Assembly (NCBI RefSeq): GCF_018350175.1 | Contig: NC_058368.1 | Coordinates: forward strand, 166,844,001-166,908,000 | DNA from: Felis catus | Lineage: Eukaryota | DNA: 64,000 bases | Direction: 5' to 3' | Shown: one piece after another, positions 63,951 to 64,000 of the stretch | Numbering within the stretch: the stretch's first letter is position 1 | Layout of the letters: the number at the start of each line of letters is the position of its first letter | Notes under the pieces: generated by a model | Told to the model about the DNA's origin: nothing | Databases searched by the model: none | Seen by the model: the letters and a program-made list of their open reading frames with translations, nothing else | Translations under genes and position numbers: made by a program

Positions 63951-64000
63951 GGTGGTAGAGACAATATTCTCTAATAAAAATACAACAAAATTAGAAATTA

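Noticed and set aside
1..64000. CRISPR array, operon, defence system, intact L1/ERV ORFs, CpG island, processed pseudogene of a known gene
   Set aside because: None seen: the DNA is mammalian, repeats are dispersed TEs without repeat-spacer periodicity, and all TE coding regions are decayed.

Overview
AT-rich, CpG-poor mammalian genomic DNA, almost certainly from a felid: about 28 carnivore tRNA-derived Can-SINEs are present, three of them young SINEC_Fc-like copies. I recognise no protein-coding gene, RNA gene, CpG island or CRISPR array, and the ORF track is explained by SINE-derived or chance ORFs. The window reads as a large intron or intergenic region filled with SINEs, decayed L1M/L2/MIR copies, MaLR and ERVL solo LTRs, a hAT MITE and microsatellites. 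The best-supported unusual structure is a ~1.95 kb TSD-flanked insertion inside an old L1 (33465-35409). It appears to be an internally deleted L1MD-like element carrying ~680 bp of apparently unique sequence with its own AATAAA and A-tail, i.e. a putative 3' transduction. Weaker leads are a + strand set of splice signals (microexon ~3028, recursive-type site ~27488, exon 59101-59156), a hairpin/palindrome cluster near 12.1 kb, and serial SINE insertion into one target site. Repeat subfamily names are from memory of consensus sequences and need RepeatMasker/Dfam confirmation. I found no convincing novel biological system.
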